In this document: in pieces, positions 8,545 through 18,640 of the stretch
How the letters are laid out: each line of letters starts with the position of its first letter
Numbering within the stretch: position 1 is the stretch's first letter
NCBI GenBank assembly: GCA_963840225.1
Contig: CAWIYH010000007.1
Location: forward strand, 38,608-102,607
Direction: 5' to 3'
DNA length: 64,000 nucleotides
Source of the DNA: an uncultured Acidobacteriota bacterium
Lineage (GTDB): Bacteria; Acidobacteriota; Vicinamibacteria; Vicinamibacterales; CAVVIG01
Translations under genes and position numbers: made by a program
The notes under the pieces: model-generated
Told to the model about the DNA's origin: nothing
What the model saw: the letters and a program-made list of their open reading frames with translations, nothing else
The model's database searches: none

Positions 8545-10059
8545 ATGCTCAGAGGGTTTCGCCCGATTGCCGTCGCCTGCCTTGCGACCGGCCTCCTGGC
8601 CGCCGCGCCGACCTCCACCGTCCAACGCGTGCGGGCGTGGCGCGGCGCGCACGAGGACGCCGTCCTGCGCGATCTGTTCGCGTGGCTGTCGCTGCCCAAC
8701 GTCGCGGCCAGCAAGGCCGACATCCAGAAGAACGCCGACGCCCTGGTGCGCATGTTCGGCGCACGCCGCTTCACGGCCGACATCGTGCCGACCGCGGGCT
8801 CGCCGGTCGTCTTCGCCGAGCGGCGGACGCCGGGCGCGACCCGCACCGTCGGGTTCTACTTCCACTACGACGGCCAGCCGGTGAAACCGGACGAGTGGAC
8901 GCACTCGCCGCCGTTCACGCCGGTGATCGTGACGGGCGACAACCGCACGTTGACGCTCGACGACGTGAAGGGATCCGTCGACGGCGAATGGCGCGTGTAC
9001 GGGCGCTCGGCGTCGGACGACAAGTCGCCAATCGTGGCGTTCCTGAGCAGCGTGGACGCGCTCGACGCCCTCGGCGTTCCGCTGACGTCGAACGTGAAGG
9101 TCATCCTGGAGGGCGACGAGGAGGCAGGGTCGCCGGGCCTCGAGCGGGTCATCCGCGAGCACGGCGACAGGATTCGCGGCGATCTGCTGATGATGGTCGA
9201 CGGCCCGCGACACGCGAGCGGCCGGGCGACCCTGTTCTTCGGCGCGCGCGGCATCGAGACGGCCACCGTCACCGTCTACGGGCCGGCCCACGACCTGCAC
9301 AGCGGCAACTACGGCAATTGGGCGCCGAATCCGGCGCTCGAGCTGTCGCGGCTGCTCGCCGCGATGAAGGACGATCACGGCCGCATCCTGGTCCCCGGCT
9401 TCTACGACGATGTGACGCCGCTGACGCCGTTCGAGCGGCAGGCGCTCGACGACATCCCGAACGTCGAGCCGATGCTGATGAAGACCTTCGGGTTCTGCCG
9501 ACCCGAGAATCCCGAGGAGCGGCTGGAGTACCGGCACAACCTGCCGACGCTGAACATCAACGCGACCGAGGCGGGCGGCGGCGTCGGCGGACAGGGCCGG
9601 ACGGTGATTCCCGCAACCGCCTCCGCGCGGCTCGATCTGCGGCTGGTCAAGGCGATCGATCCACAGAAGCAGTTCGATCGGCTCGCCGCCTTCGTCCGGT
9701 CCCGCGGCTTCTTCCTGGTGGACGCCGAGCCGGACGCGGCCGGGCGGGCCGCGCACCCGCTGCTCGCGCGCGTCACGAAGTCGGGCGGCTATCCGGCCGG
9801 ACGCACGCCCATGGACGCGCCGATCGCGAAACCGGTCGTCGCCGCGATGTCCGAAGCGGCCGGAGGACAGATCGTCCGGCTGCCGACGATCGGCGGCAGC
9901 GCCCCCTTCTACGTCTTCACCGACGTGCTCAAGGTGCCGACGATCGGCCTCTCGGTCGTCAACTTCGACAACAACCAGCACGGCGCCAACGAGAACCTGC
10001 GGATCCAGAACCTGTGGGACGCGATCGACTCGATGGCCGCGCTGCTGACGATGCGTTGA
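8545..10059 (+). CDS. Secreted M20/M25/M40 family metallopeptidase
   Basis: Signal peptide, HYDGQP, GRSASDDK, EGDEEAGS, LHSG, NNQHGANE. Confidence 0.85.
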   Translation: MLRGFRPIAVACLATGLLAAAPTSTVQRVRAWRGAHEDAVLRDLFAWLSLPNVAASKADIQKNADALVRMFGARRFTADIVPTAGSPVVFAERRTPGATRTVGFYFHYDGQPVKPDEWTHSPPFTPVIVTGDNRTLTLDDVKGSVDGEWRVYGRSASDDKSPIVAFLSSVDALDALGVPLTSNVKVILEGDEEAGSPGLERVIREHGDRIRGDLLMMVDGPRHASGRATLFFGARGIETATVTVYGPAHDLHSGNYGNWAPNPALELSRLLAAMKDDHGRILVPGFYDDVTPLTPFERQALDDIPNVEPMLMKTFGFCRPENPEERLEYRHNLPTLNINATEAGGGVGGQGRTVIPATASARLDLRLVKAIDPQKQFDRLAAFVRSRGFFLVDAEPDAAGRAAHPLLARVTKSGGYPAGRTPMDAPIAKPVVAAMSEAAGGQIVRLPTIGGSAPFYVFTDVLKVPTIGLSVVNFDNNQHGANENLRIQNLWDAIDSMAALLTMR

Positions 10060-10087
10060 CCGGACGGCCGATTCCCTGCCGTCGACG

Positions 10088-10975
10088 CTAGCGCTCGCCC
10101 CACTTCAATTTCTGGCGGAGCACGTCGTAGTAGCTCCGCGTGGTGGGCTTGATGAGGCGCAGGGGCGTGTGGGATCGGCAGATGCGGACCGAGTCCTCGG
10201 CGCGAAGGTCGAAGCCGGACTGGCCGTCGAAGGTGACGAACACCTCCTCGAGCTCGTCCATCTCGGGCTGCACGCGGACCGTGGCCGTGGCCGGAATCAC
10301 GATGGGCCGGTTCGTCAGGGTGTGCGGCGCAATCGGGTTGACGACGAACGCATCCACATTGGGCTGGACGATCGGTCCGCCTGCCGCGAGGTTGTACGCC
10401 GTGGAGCCGGTGGGCGTCGCGACGATGAGTCCGTCGGCCCGCACGCGCGTCAGGAACCCTTCGTCGACCCAGACCGAGAGGTCAATCATCCGCGACCGGG
10501 CGCCTTTGGTGATGACGACATCGTTGAGGACCACGTGCTCGGCGAACAGCCGGCCGTCGCGCTCCGTCGTCGACCGCAGCATGAGGCGCTCCTCGATGCG
10601 CGCCCTGCCCGACAGCGCCGCATCGAGCGAGGGGTACAGCTCGGGGAGCGTCACCTCGGTGAGGAAGCCGAGGCTGCCGAAGTTGACGCCCAGGATCGGG
10701 ATGCGGCAGCCGGCCGCGGCGATCCGATCCGCCATGCCCAGCAGCGTGCCGTCGCCGCCGAGCACCAGCACCATGTCCACGTGCTCGACGAGGTCGCCAC
10801 GCTCGAACACCGTGCCGCCGACGCCGGGCACCAGCGCGGCGGTCGCCGTTTCGAACACGGCCGCGGCGCCGCGCGCGGCGAGCCAGGATGCGATGTCCGA
10901 GAGGTGCGGCGCCGCGTCGACCAGGTGCGACTTGGCGACGACGCCGACACGCGAGACTTTCGCCACCACGCTCAT
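10088..10975 (-). CDS. nadK: NAD kinase
   Basis: VLGGDGTLL, GVNFGSLGFLT, LNDVV, ADGLIVATPTGSTAYNLAAGGP. Confidence 0.97.
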   Translation of the reverse strand: MSVVAKVSRVGVVAKSHLVDAAPHLSDIASWLAARGAAAVFETATAALVPGVGGTVFERGDLVEHVDMVLVLGGDGTLLGMADRIAAAGCRIPILGVNFGSLGFLTEVTLPELYPSLDAALSGRARIEERLMLRSTTERDGRLFAEHVVLNDVVITKGARSRMIDLSVWVDEGFLTRVRADGLIVATPTGSTAYNLAAGGPIVQPNVDAFVVNPIAPHTLTNRPIVIPATATVRVQPEMDELEEVFVTFDGQSGFDLRAEDSVRICRSHTPLRLIKPTTRSYYDVLRQKLKWGER

Positions 10976-11886
10976 GAGCCCGCTATCTTACCTTCCATCG
11001 CCTTGATCATCACGACGAGCGCGGCGTTCACCGGGCAGTCGATGCCGAGCCGCCGGCCGAGCGCCACGACGGCGCCGTTCATGTGATCGATTTCGGTCGG
11101 CCTCCCGCGGAGCAGGTCCTGGCGCATCGAGGCGACGTTGGGCGATGCGCCGAAGATCCGGTCAACGGCACCCGCCAGATCGCCATCGAGGGCCACGCCG
11201 TCGGCCCGCGCGACGCGGACGCACTCGTCGACGACGAGCCGCTTGAGCGGGGCGAGCCCCGGGCTCGCGATGCCGGCCACGTCGGTCGCGGCGATCGAGG
11301 TAATCGGGTTGATGACGCAGTTGAAGACGAGCTTGCGCCAGATCTCGACGGCGATGGCGTCCGACACCCGGCCTGCCAGGCCCGCCGACGTCAGGAGGTC
11401 GGCGATCTCACCGCTGCGCGCGTGCGGCTCGATGATCGTGTCGCCGGCCACCTTGAAGTCGACGACGCCGGGCTGGCTGAAGATGGCCCCGAAGCGGGTG
11501 ATGGCGCGAAGCACGACGACGCCGCCTCCGCGCCGCGCGGCGATCTCGTCCTTCACGACGGCCTCGGCGTCGAGGCCGTTCTGCACGCAGAGGACCACCG
11601 TGTCGTCCCGCAGCGAGGGCGCGATGGCTCCAATCGCCGTCCTGTTCGCGTTCACCTTCGTCGTGAGCAGGACGAGCGTCCGCGGGGCGATGGCGTCCAA
11701 AGCGACGGCCGCGCGGAGCCGGACGAGGCGGTCTTCCAGGCCGGTGACGCGCAGCCCGCTGCTCGCGATGGCGTCGACGTGGGCCTGCCGCGCGACGACG
11801 GTGACGTCGCACCGGTCCGCGAGGCGTGCCGCGTAGAGGCTGCCGATGGCCCCGGCGCCGAGCACGACGACGTGATCAATGGCCAT
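10972..11886 (-). CDS. panE: 2-dehydropantoate 2-reductase family protein
   Basis: GAGAIG, QNGL, WRKLVFNCVINPIT, SMRQDL..RPTEID.MNG. Confidence 0.85.
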   Translation of the reverse strand: MAIDHVVVLGAGAIGSLYAARLADRCDVTVVARQAHVDAIASSGLRVTGLEDRLVRLRAAVALDAIAPRTLVLLTTKVNANRTAIGAIAPSLRDDTVVLCVQNGLDAEAVVKDEIAARRGGGVVVLRAITRFGAIFSQPGVVDFKVAGDTIIEPHARSGEIADLLTSAGLAGRVSDAIAVEIWRKLVFNCVINPITSIAATDVAGIASPGLAPLKRLVVDECVRVARADGVALDGDLAGAVDRIFGASPNVASMRQDLLRGRPTEIDHMNGAVVALGRRLGIDCPVNAALVVMIKAMEGKIAGS

Positions 11887-12628
11887 GGCGAAGGTGCAGG
11901 AAGAACTCCCGGTTGCCGGTCGCGCCCGTAATCGGCGACTCGGTCATCGCGACGCGCTCGAGCCCGCAGGCCGCGGCGCCGGCCGTGACCCGTGCGATGA
12001 CGGCCTCGTGCACGGCGGGATCGGTCACGAGCCCCCCGCGGCCGACCGCCTCGCGCCCTGCCTCGAACTGCGGCTTGACCAGCGCGACCACGTCGGCGCC
12101 GGCCGGGAGGAGCCGGGCGACGGCGGGGAGGATGTGCGCCAGCGAAATGAACGCGACGTCGATCGTGACGAGATCGACGTCGTCGGGCACGTCGGCGCGC
12201 GTCAGCGCGCGGGCGTTCACGCCCTCCCGCACGCTCACGCGGGCGTCGGTGCGCAGCCGCCAGTCGAGCTGACCGTGGCCGACGTCGAGTGCGACGACGC
12301 GCGAGGCGCCGCGCGCCAGCAGGACGTCGGTAAAGCCGCCCGTGGACGCGCCGATGTCGAGCGCCGCACGTCCCCGCGGATCGACGCCGAACACGTCGAG
12401 GGCACGGGCCAGCTTGACGCCGCCGCGGCTGACCCAGGGATGGTCGGGCTCGACGAGCACGACCTCGGCATCGTCGGGCACGGGCGCGCCGGCTTTGGGC
12501 TCGACGCGTCCCGCCACCTTCACGCGGCCGGCGAGGATGAGCGCCCGCGCCCGTTCGCGCGTCGGCGCCAGGCCGCGCGCCACGAGCAGGAGGTCGAGCC
12601 GCGCTCTGCTGGTCACCGTGGTCGTCAA
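11876..12628 (-). CDS. tlyA: TlyA family rRNA 2'-O-methyltransferase (S4 plus FtsJ domains)
   Basis: RLDLLLV.RGL, VSRGG.KL, LDIGASTGGFTD, DVAFISL, LVKPQFE, SPITG..GNREF. Confidence 0.95.
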   Translation of the reverse strand: MTTTVTSRARLDLLLVARGLAPTRERARALILAGRVKVAGRVEPKAGAPVPDDAEVVLVEPDHPWVSRGGVKLARALDVFGVDPRGRAALDIGASTGGFTDVLLARGASRVVALDVGHGQLDWRLRTDARVSVREGVNARALTRADVPDDVDLVTIDVAFISLAHILPAVARLLPAGADVVALVKPQFEAGREAVGRGGLVTDPAVHEAVIARVTAGAAACGLERVAMTESPITGATGNREFFLHLRHGH

Positions 12629-13587
12629 TTGCGCCGCGTCGCCACCCAGTCGGCGATGGCGTGCAGGAGCTCGGCGCGGAGGCCGGCCTCGTCGAGCGCG
12701 GCGTGCGCCAACGCCACGTGCTCGGCGGCCAGGGCGCGCGATCGCTCCACGCCGAAGAGCGCCGGATACGTGGGCTTGGCTTCGGCGGCGTCCTTGCCGG
12801 CGCTCTTGCCAAGCTCGCGGGCGTCGCCCTCCACGTCGAGGATGTCGTCGACGATCTGGAACGCGAGCCCGAGGTGTCCGGCGAAGCGGCCCACCGCGCC
12901 GACCGTTTCCTCGTCGCGGTCGGCCATCACGGCGCCGACGACGACCGAGGCGCGGATGAGCGCGCCGGTCTTGCGCGCGTGCATCGCCCGCAGCCCCTCG
13001 GCGTCGAGCGTGATCCGATCGCCGGCGGCGCGGCCGGCCGCCTGCAGGTCGATCGCCTGGCCGCCGACCATGCCGGAGGCGCCGGCCGCCTCGGCGATGA
13101 GCCGCACCACGCGCAGCTTGCGTCCGACGAGCGCCGGATCGTCGCCACCCGGTTCGCGCGCGAGCAGGCCGAAGGCCTCGGCGTGCAGCCCGTCGCCGGC
13201 CAAGACCGCGATGCCGTCGCCGTACACCACGTGCAGCGTCGGCCGCCCGCGTCGCAGGGTGTCGTTGTCCATGGCCGGCAGGTCGTCGTGAATCAATGAA
13301 TAGGTGTGGATCATCTCGATGGCGCAGGCCGCGGGCAGGGCGGCTTCCATCGGCGGCGTGAAGGGCGACGCGCCGGTCGACCGCGTGGCGGCGGCGCGAA
13401 CGGCGCCGGCCGCGGCAAGGGCGAGCATCGGCCGCAGGCGCTTGCCGCCGGCGAACACGCTGTAGCGCATCGCCTCGCTGACCAGGGCGGGGCAGGCCGG
13501 CGGCCGGGGCAGGAACGCGTCGAGGGCGCCGTCCACGCGGGCGCGCGCGGCGTCGAGGAACGACGCGAGCAGCTCGGAGCGGGTCAC
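12625..13587 (-). CDS. ispA: Farnesyl/geranylgeranyl diphosphate synthase
   Basis: GGKRLRP, HTYSLIHDDLPAMD..RRG, GMVGGQ, KTGALI, FQIVDDILD, GKD. Confidence 0.95.
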   Translation of the reverse strand: MTRSELLASFLDAARARVDGALDAFLPRPPACPALVSEAMRYSVFAGGKRLRPMLALAAAGAVRAAATRSTGASPFTPPMEAALPAACAIEMIHTYSLIHDDLPAMDNDTLRRGRPTLHVVYGDGIAVLAGDGLHAEAFGLLAREPGGDDPALVGRKLRVVRLIAEAAGASGMVGGQAIDLQAAGRAAGDRITLDAEGLRAMHARKTGALIRASVVVGAVMADRDEETVGAVGRFAGHLGLAFQIVDDILDVEGDARELGKSAGKDAAEAKPTYPALFGVERSRALAAEHVALAHAALDEAGLRAELLHAIADWVATRRN

Positions 13588-13591
13588 TGGA

Positions 13592-13840
13592 TCACCCGCG
13601 CTCGGAATCGTCGGCGGCCAGCGACGCCGGCGCCGCTTTCAGCTCGCCGCGCTCGTTGAGGATCTCGATGCGCCGCTCGGCTTCTTCGAGCCGCGCATGA
13701 CAGAAACGCGAGAGCTGCACTCCGCGCTCGTACAGCTTCAGCGACTGCTCGAGGGCGAGCTCACCCTCTTCGAGCGTCTTGACGATCGACTCGAGCTCGG
13801 CGATCGCCGCTTCGAAGTCCTTGATGGATGGGTCGGACAT
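13592..13840 (-). CDS. xseB: Exodeoxyribonuclease VII small subunit
   Basis: FEAAIAELESIVKTLEEGEL.LEQSL.LYERG; adjacent to xseA. Confidence 0.95.
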   Translation of the reverse strand: MSDPSIKDFEAAIAELESIVKTLEEGELALEQSLKLYERGVQLSRFCHARLEEAERRIEILNERGELKAAPASLAADDSERG

Positions 13841-13858
13841 GAGCCAGCCCTGAGTGTA

Positions 13859-15262
13859 TCACCCGCCCTTCGAGCGGACCTCGCAGTGCAGCTCGCCTCT
13901 GGCGAGCGTGACCTGTACGCGGTCGCCCGGCTGCGCCTGCGCCGCGTCACGCAACGCCTGCGTCCGGTCGGCATTCCAGCACACGGCGTAGCCGCGGCCG
14001 AGGACGGCCAGCGGGCTGAGCGTCTCGAGACGCGCGGCCGATCGCTGGAGCAGGGCGACGGCGCGATCCTGGCGCCGCAGCGCGCCGCTTCTGAGCCGGC
14101 CGTCGACCGCCACCAGCCGCGTGCGCATCCCTTCCAGGCGCCGCCGCAGGTCGCACGACTCGAGCTGCCGTTCGAGCTGGAGAACGCGCCGCTCGCGGAC
14201 GGCGAGCCGCGCGCGTGCCGTTCGCGCCAGCAGGTGGCTCAACTCTGCCGCGTGGCGGCCGCGCATCGCCACGCGCCCGGGAAATCCGGCGAGAGCGGGA
14301 CGGGCCGCGAGCATGTGCACCCATCGGCCGAGCGACTGCACCCGGGCCCGCGCGGCCGCGCGCAGCCGATCGTGCAGCCGGTCGATCCGGCTGCAGAACT
14401 CGTCCTTGCGGGCCACCACCAGCTCGGCGGCGGCCGACGGCGTCGGCGCCCGCACGTCGGCGACGAAATCGGCGATCGTCACGTCGCTCTCGTGGCCCAC
14501 CGCCGAGATGACCGGCACCGGCGACGCCGCAATCGCGCGCGCGACCGCTTCTTCGTTGAACGCCCACAGATCCTCGATGGAACCGCCGCCGCGCCCCACG
14601 AGAACGACGTCGACGCCTGCGACGCGCGCGACGGCACGGAGGGCGCGGGCGACGTCGAGCGCCGCCCCCTCGCCCTGCACGCGCGTCGGACCGACGACGA
14701 GGTGAGCGTTCGCATATCGCCGCCGCAAGACCTTGATGATGTCGCGAATGGCCGCGCCGTCGAGGGAGGTGACGATGCCGATCTTCCGGGGAAGCGCGGG
14801 CAGCGGCCGCTTGCGCGCGGCATCGAACAGCCCCTCGGCCTGCAGACGTTTCTTCAGCTGATCGAAGGCCAGCTGCAGGGCCCCGAGCCCCTGCGGCTCC
14901 ATGTGCTCGCAGACCAGCTGATACTCGCCCTTCGGCTCGTACACCGAGAGCCGCCCGCGCGCGACCACCCGCAGGCCGTCCGCCGGCTTGAACTTCAGAT
15001 AGCGGAGCGCCGTGCGGAACATGACGCCCCGAATCTGCGAGGAGGGGTCCTTCAGCGTGAAATACAGGTGCCCGGTATTCCAGAACCGGCAGTTGGACAG
15101 CTCGCCCTCGACCCAGACCTCCGCCAGCTCGGACTCGATGAGATCCCGGATCCGGATCGTCAGCTCGGTGACCGTCAGCAACCGCCTCGCCGCCGGCGGC
15201 GTGGTCGTCGGTTCCGGCGCCGGCTCGTCGTCCTCGAACGGCAGGTCGAAGAGGTCTGACAT
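13859..15262 (-). CDS. xseA: Exodeoxyribonuclease VII large subunit
   Basis: VWVEGELSN, GHLYFTLKD, GRGGGSIEDLWAFN, SAVGHESD, RAPTPSAAAE, SPLAVLGRGY. Confidence 0.97.
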   Translation of the reverse strand: MSDLFDLPFEDDEPAPEPTTTPPAARRLLTVTELTIRIRDLIESELAEVWVEGELSNCRFWNTGHLYFTLKDPSSQIRGVMFRTALRYLKFKPADGLRVVARGRLSVYEPKGEYQLVCEHMEPQGLGALQLAFDQLKKRLQAEGLFDAARKRPLPALPRKIGIVTSLDGAAIRDIIKVLRRRYANAHLVVGPTRVQGEGAALDVARALRAVARVAGVDVVLVGRGGGSIEDLWAFNEEAVARAIAASPVPVISAVGHESDVTIADFVADVRAPTPSAAAELVVARKDEFCSRIDRLHDRLRAAARARVQSLGRWVHMLAARPALAGFPGRVAMRGRHAAELSHLLARTARARLAVRERRVLQLERQLESCDLRRRLEGMRTRLVAVDGRLRSGALRRQDRAVALLQRSAARLETLSPLAVLGRGYAVCWNADRTQALRDAAQAQPGDRVQVTLARGELHCEVRSKGG

Positions 15263-15277
15263 CGGAGCGTGTCCCGC

Positions 15278-16111
15278 TTAGCGGTTCGTGGCGGACGCGC
15301 CGACCGGCGCGCCGAGATCCGACAGGTCCTGCAGGTTCAGGCTCAGACGCTCGATGTCGGTCGCCAGCCCGGTCTGCTCGTCCGCGTCGATGAGCACCGC
15401 GTTCAGTCGTGGGTTGCCCGTGGCCGTCTCGAGCCGGGCCGGCAGCCCCGTCAGGAAACGACCGAGCACCGCCTCGACGTCCGATCCGATGATCGAGTCG
15501 TGCGGCCCCGTCATCCCGACGTCGGTCAGATACGCCGTGCCCTTCGGCAGGATCCGCTCGTCCGCCGTCTGCACGTGCGTATGCGTGCCGACGACTGCCG
15601 TCACCTTGCCGTCGAGATGCCAGCCCATCGCCTGCTTTTCCGACGTGGCTTCGGCATGCATGTCGACGAGCACCAGTCGCGCGCGGTTCCGCATGGCCTC
15701 GATCTCGGACAGCACCACCGCGAAGGGGTCGTCGATGTTCGCCAGGAACACGCGGCCCATCACGTTGATCACCCCCACGGCCCGTCCGTCGCGGGTGCGG
15801 GCGACGTAGCTGCCGCGCCCCGGAGCTCCCCGGGGATAGTTGGCGGGGCGGAGGAGGCGCGGCTCGGTCCCGATGTAGTCGAGGGCTTCCTTCTTGTCCC
15901 AGATGTGATTGCCCGAGGTCATCACGTCGACGCCCCAGTCGAGGATCTGATCGCCGATCTCGCGCGTGATGCCGAAACCGGCGGCTGCGTTTTCGGCGTT
16001 GGCGACGACGAGGTCGACCAGGTAGTGCTCGACGAGGGCCGGGAGCCCGAGGCGGACCAGATCCCGTCCCGGCCGTCCGACGATGTCCCCGATGAAGAGG
16101 AGGCGGGTCAT
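15278..16111 (-). CDS. ymdB: YmdB/TIGR00282 family metallophosphoesterase
   Basis: Real start MTRLLFIGDIVG (ATG 16111, overlapping the hsp20 stop); NAENAA.G.G, TSGNH, RPANYP, DMHAEATSEK, GTHTHVQT, TDVGMTGP. Confidence 0.93.
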   Translation of the reverse strand: MTRLLFIGDIVGRPGRDLVRLGLPALVEHYLVDLVVANAENAAAGFGITREIGDQILDWGVDVMTSGNHIWDKKEALDYIGTEPRLLRPANYPRGAPGRGSYVARTRDGRAVGVINVMGRVFLANIDDPFAVVLSEIEAMRNRARLVLVDMHAEATSEKQAMGWHLDGKVTAVVGTHTHVQTADERILPKGTAYLTDVGMTGPHDSIIGSDVEAVLGRFLTGLPARLETATGNPRLNAVLIDADEQTGLATDIERLSLNLQDLSDLGAPVGASATNR

Positions 16112-16560
16112 TTCTGCGCGATCGGAATGTCGAGGCTCGCGCCGCGCCGCTCCCGAATCTTGGGGACCGAAATCCGCAGCTCGCCGCCGGTCAGCGTGGC
16201 CGCGGCCTTCGCGACGAGACAGGCGCGGTCGAGGCGCACGACCCGCGCGAAGCGGCCGAACCCGCGCTCGAGCAGATGGAAGGTCGATTCGCCGTCCGAG
16301 CGCTGCGCCCGCTTCTCGCCGACGATGAGCAGGGCGTCCCGCCGGCCGACGATCCGAATGGCGCCCGGATCGATGCCCGGCAGGTCCATCGCGATTTCCA
16401 CGGCCTCGTCGGTCTCGAACACGTCCAGCGCCGGTGCACATTCGCCGGTCAGCGTTTCTGCCCCGAACGTCCGGCCGAGCTCCAGGAACACCCGCCGGAT
16501 GTCGTCGGCGAATTCGCCGAGCTCGGAGGGAATGACGACCGCCTGCACACGAGTTCGCAT
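16108..16560 (-). CDS. Hsp20/alpha-crystallin family protein
   Basis: PALDVFET, DLPGI, I.GEK, LERGFGRFAR, G.L.I.VPK; start MRTRVQ at 16560. Confidence 0.88.
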   Translation of the reverse strand: MRTRVQAVVIPSELGEFADDIRRVFLELGRTFGAETLTGECAPALDVFETDEAVEIAMDLPGIDPGAIRIVGRRDALLIVGEKRAQRSDGESTFHLLERGFGRFARVVRLDRACLVAKAAATLTGGELRISVPKIRERRGASLDIPIAQK

Positions 16561-16646
16561 TCGGGGATGATCGCACAGCGACCGGCGGCCTGGCCAGTTT
16601 GTGGAGCTGAACTGTCCAGGTCTGAAGGCTTCGGCTGGCCTTACTA

Positions 16647-16706
16647 TATATGAGCGTAATATACGCATATAAATTGCTTGACATACACTCATTACATGCC
16701 TATACT
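16647..16706 (+). promoter_or_regulatory. dnaK sigma70 promoter with tandem HAIR-like inverted repeats
   Basis: TTGACA (16678-83), 17 nt, TATACT (16701-06); ATGAGC-N7-ACGCAT (16650-68) and TTGCTT-N7-ACTCAT (16674-92) resemble TTGAGY-N7-ACTCAA. Confidence 0.75.
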
Positions 16707-16740
16707 GGCTCTATCCCGTAGGAATCGAGGACAAGTGAAT

Positions 16741-18618
16741 ATGGCAGGCAAAGTCATCGGAATCGACCTCGGCACCACCAATTCGGTCGTCGCCGTGATG
16801 GAAGGCGGCCAGCCGAGCGTCATCGTGAACCAGGAAGGCTCGAGGATCACGCCGTCGGTCGTGGGCATCACCAAGGACGGCGAACGCCTGGTCGGCCAGG
16901 TCGCCAAGCGACAGGCCGTCACCAACCCCGAGAACACCATCTTTTCGATCAAGCGGTTCATGGGCCGGAAGTTCGACGAGGTGCCGGCCGAGTCGAGCCG
17001 CGTGCCCTACACGGTCGCGCGCGCGGGCAGCGGCGAGGCGCGCGTGGAGGTCCGCGGCAAGCTCTACTCCCCGCCGGAAATGTCCGCGATGGTGCTGCAG
17101 AAGCTGAAGCAGGCCGCCGAGGACTACCTCGGTGAGAAGGTCGCGGATGCCGTCATCACCGTGCCGGCCTACTTCAACGACGCCCAGCGGCAGGCCACCA
17201 AGGACGCCGGCACGATCGCCGGCCTGAACGTGCTGCGCATCATCAACGAGCCGACGGCCGCGGCGCTGGCGTACGGCCTCGACAAGAAGAAGGACGAGAC
17301 GATCGCCGTCTACGACTTCGGCGGCGGCACCTTCGACATCTCCGTGCTGGAGGTGGGCCAGGGGATCGTCGAGGTGAAGGCGACCAACGGCGACACGCAC
17401 CTTGGCGGCGACGACCTCGACGATCGCATCATCGAGTGGCTGGCGGCCGAGTTCAAGAAGGCGGAAGGCATCGACCTGACGAAGGATCGGATGGCGCTGC
17501 AGCGGCTCAAGGAAGCGGCGGAAAAGGCGAAGATCGAGCTGTCGACGGCGATGGAAACCGAGCTGAACCTGCCGTTCATCACCGCGGATCAGACCGGTCC
17601 CAAGCACCTGCAGATCAAGCTGACGCGCGCCCGGTTCGAGCAACTGGTCGACGACCTGCTCCAGCGGACGATGGGGCCTGTCCGCCAGGCGCTGTCCGAC
17701 GCGGGCGTCGATCCGAAGCGCATCGACGAGGTCGTGCTGGTGGGCGGCTCGACCCGCATGCCGAAGGTCCAGCAGCTCGTGCGCGACTTCTTCGGCAAGG
17801 AGCCGCACAAGGGCGTCAATCCGGACGAAGTGGTGGCGGTCGGCGCGGCGGTGCAGGGCGGCGTCCTCACGGGCGAGGTCAAGGACGTGCTGCTGCTCGA
17901 CGTGACCCCGCTGTCGCTCGGCGTCGAGACGCTGGGCGGCGTGATGACCACGCTCATCCCGCGCAATACGACCATCCCGACGCGCAAGAGCGAGATCTTC
18001 TCGACGGCCACCGACAGCCAGACGACCGTCGAGGTGCACGTCCTCCAGGGCGAGCGGCCGCTGGCGCGCGACAACCGCACGCTCGGCCGGTTCCATCTGA
18101 TCGGCTTGCCGCCGGCGCCCCGCGGCGTGCCGCAGGTCGAGGTCGCGTTCGACATCGACGCAAACGGCATCGTGAACGTGTCGGCCAGGGACATGGCGAC
18201 CGGCGCGGAGCAGAAGATCACGATCAGCGGGTCGAGCGGTCTCAGCAAGGCGGAGGTCGATCGGCTCGTGACCGAGGCGCAGAGCCACTCGGCCGAGGAC
18301 CAGGCGCGGCGCGACCTCATCGACGCCCGCAACCAGGCCGACTCGCTGGCCTACCAGGTCGAGAAGACGGTCAACGAGCACCGCGGAACGGTGCCGGCCG
18401 GCGTGCTCTCGGCGGCCGAAACCGCCATCGCCGAGCTCAGGCGGGCGGCCGAGGGCGAGGATCCGGGCGCCATCCGCGCCGCCACCGGCGCGCTCGAGCG
18501 CGTGTCGCACGATCTGGCCAGGGAGCTCTATCAGGGAGCGCAGGGGTCAGAGGGGTCACAGGGGTCGAACGTCAAGGATGCGGAAGTGGTCGACGCGGAA
18601 TACGCCGAGACCAAGTAA
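16741..18618 (+). CDS. dnaK: Molecular chaperone DnaK (Hsp70)
   Basis: [62 protein letters not shown] before ATG 16741. Confidence 0.99.
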   Translation: MAGKVIGIDLGTTNSVVAVMEGGQPSVIVNQEGSRITPSVVGITKDGERLVGQVAKRQAVTNPENTIFSIKRFMGRKFDEVPAESSRVPYTVARAGSGEARVEVRGKLYSPPEMSAMVLQKLKQAAEDYLGEKVADAVITVPAYFNDAQRQATKDAGTIAGLNVLRIINEPTAAALAYGLDKKKDETIAVYDFGGGTFDISVLEVGQGIVEVKATNGDTHLGGDDLDDRIIEWLAAEFKKAEGIDLTKDRMALQRLKEAAEKAKIELSTAMETELNLPFITADQTGPKHLQIKLTRARFEQLVDDLLQRTMGPVRQALSDAGVDPKRIDEVVLVGGSTRMPKVQQLVRDFFGKEPHKGVNPDEVVAVGAAVQGGVLTGEVKDVLLLDVTPLSLGVETLGGVMTTLIPRNTTIPTRKSEIFSTATDSQTTVEVHVLQGERPLARDNRTLGRFHLIGLPPAPRGVPQVEVAFDIDANGIVNVSARDMATGAEQKITISGSSGLSKAEVDRLVTEAQSHSAEDQARRDLIDARNQADSLAYQVEKTVNEHRGTVPAGVLSAAETAIAELRRAAEGEDPGAIRAATGALERVSHDLARELYQGAQGSEGSQGSNVKDAEVVDAEYAETK

Positions 18619-18640
18619 CGACTCATAAAGGAGGCACACC

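Noticed and set aside
15278..16692. ORF-track N-terminal extensions suggesting fusions (ymdB 468 aa, nfo 710 aa, hydrolase 571 aa, 28917-31382, lpxB 569 aa, yqgE 504 aa)
   Set aside because: The extensions overlap other real genes; the family N-termini begin at the internal starts reported above.
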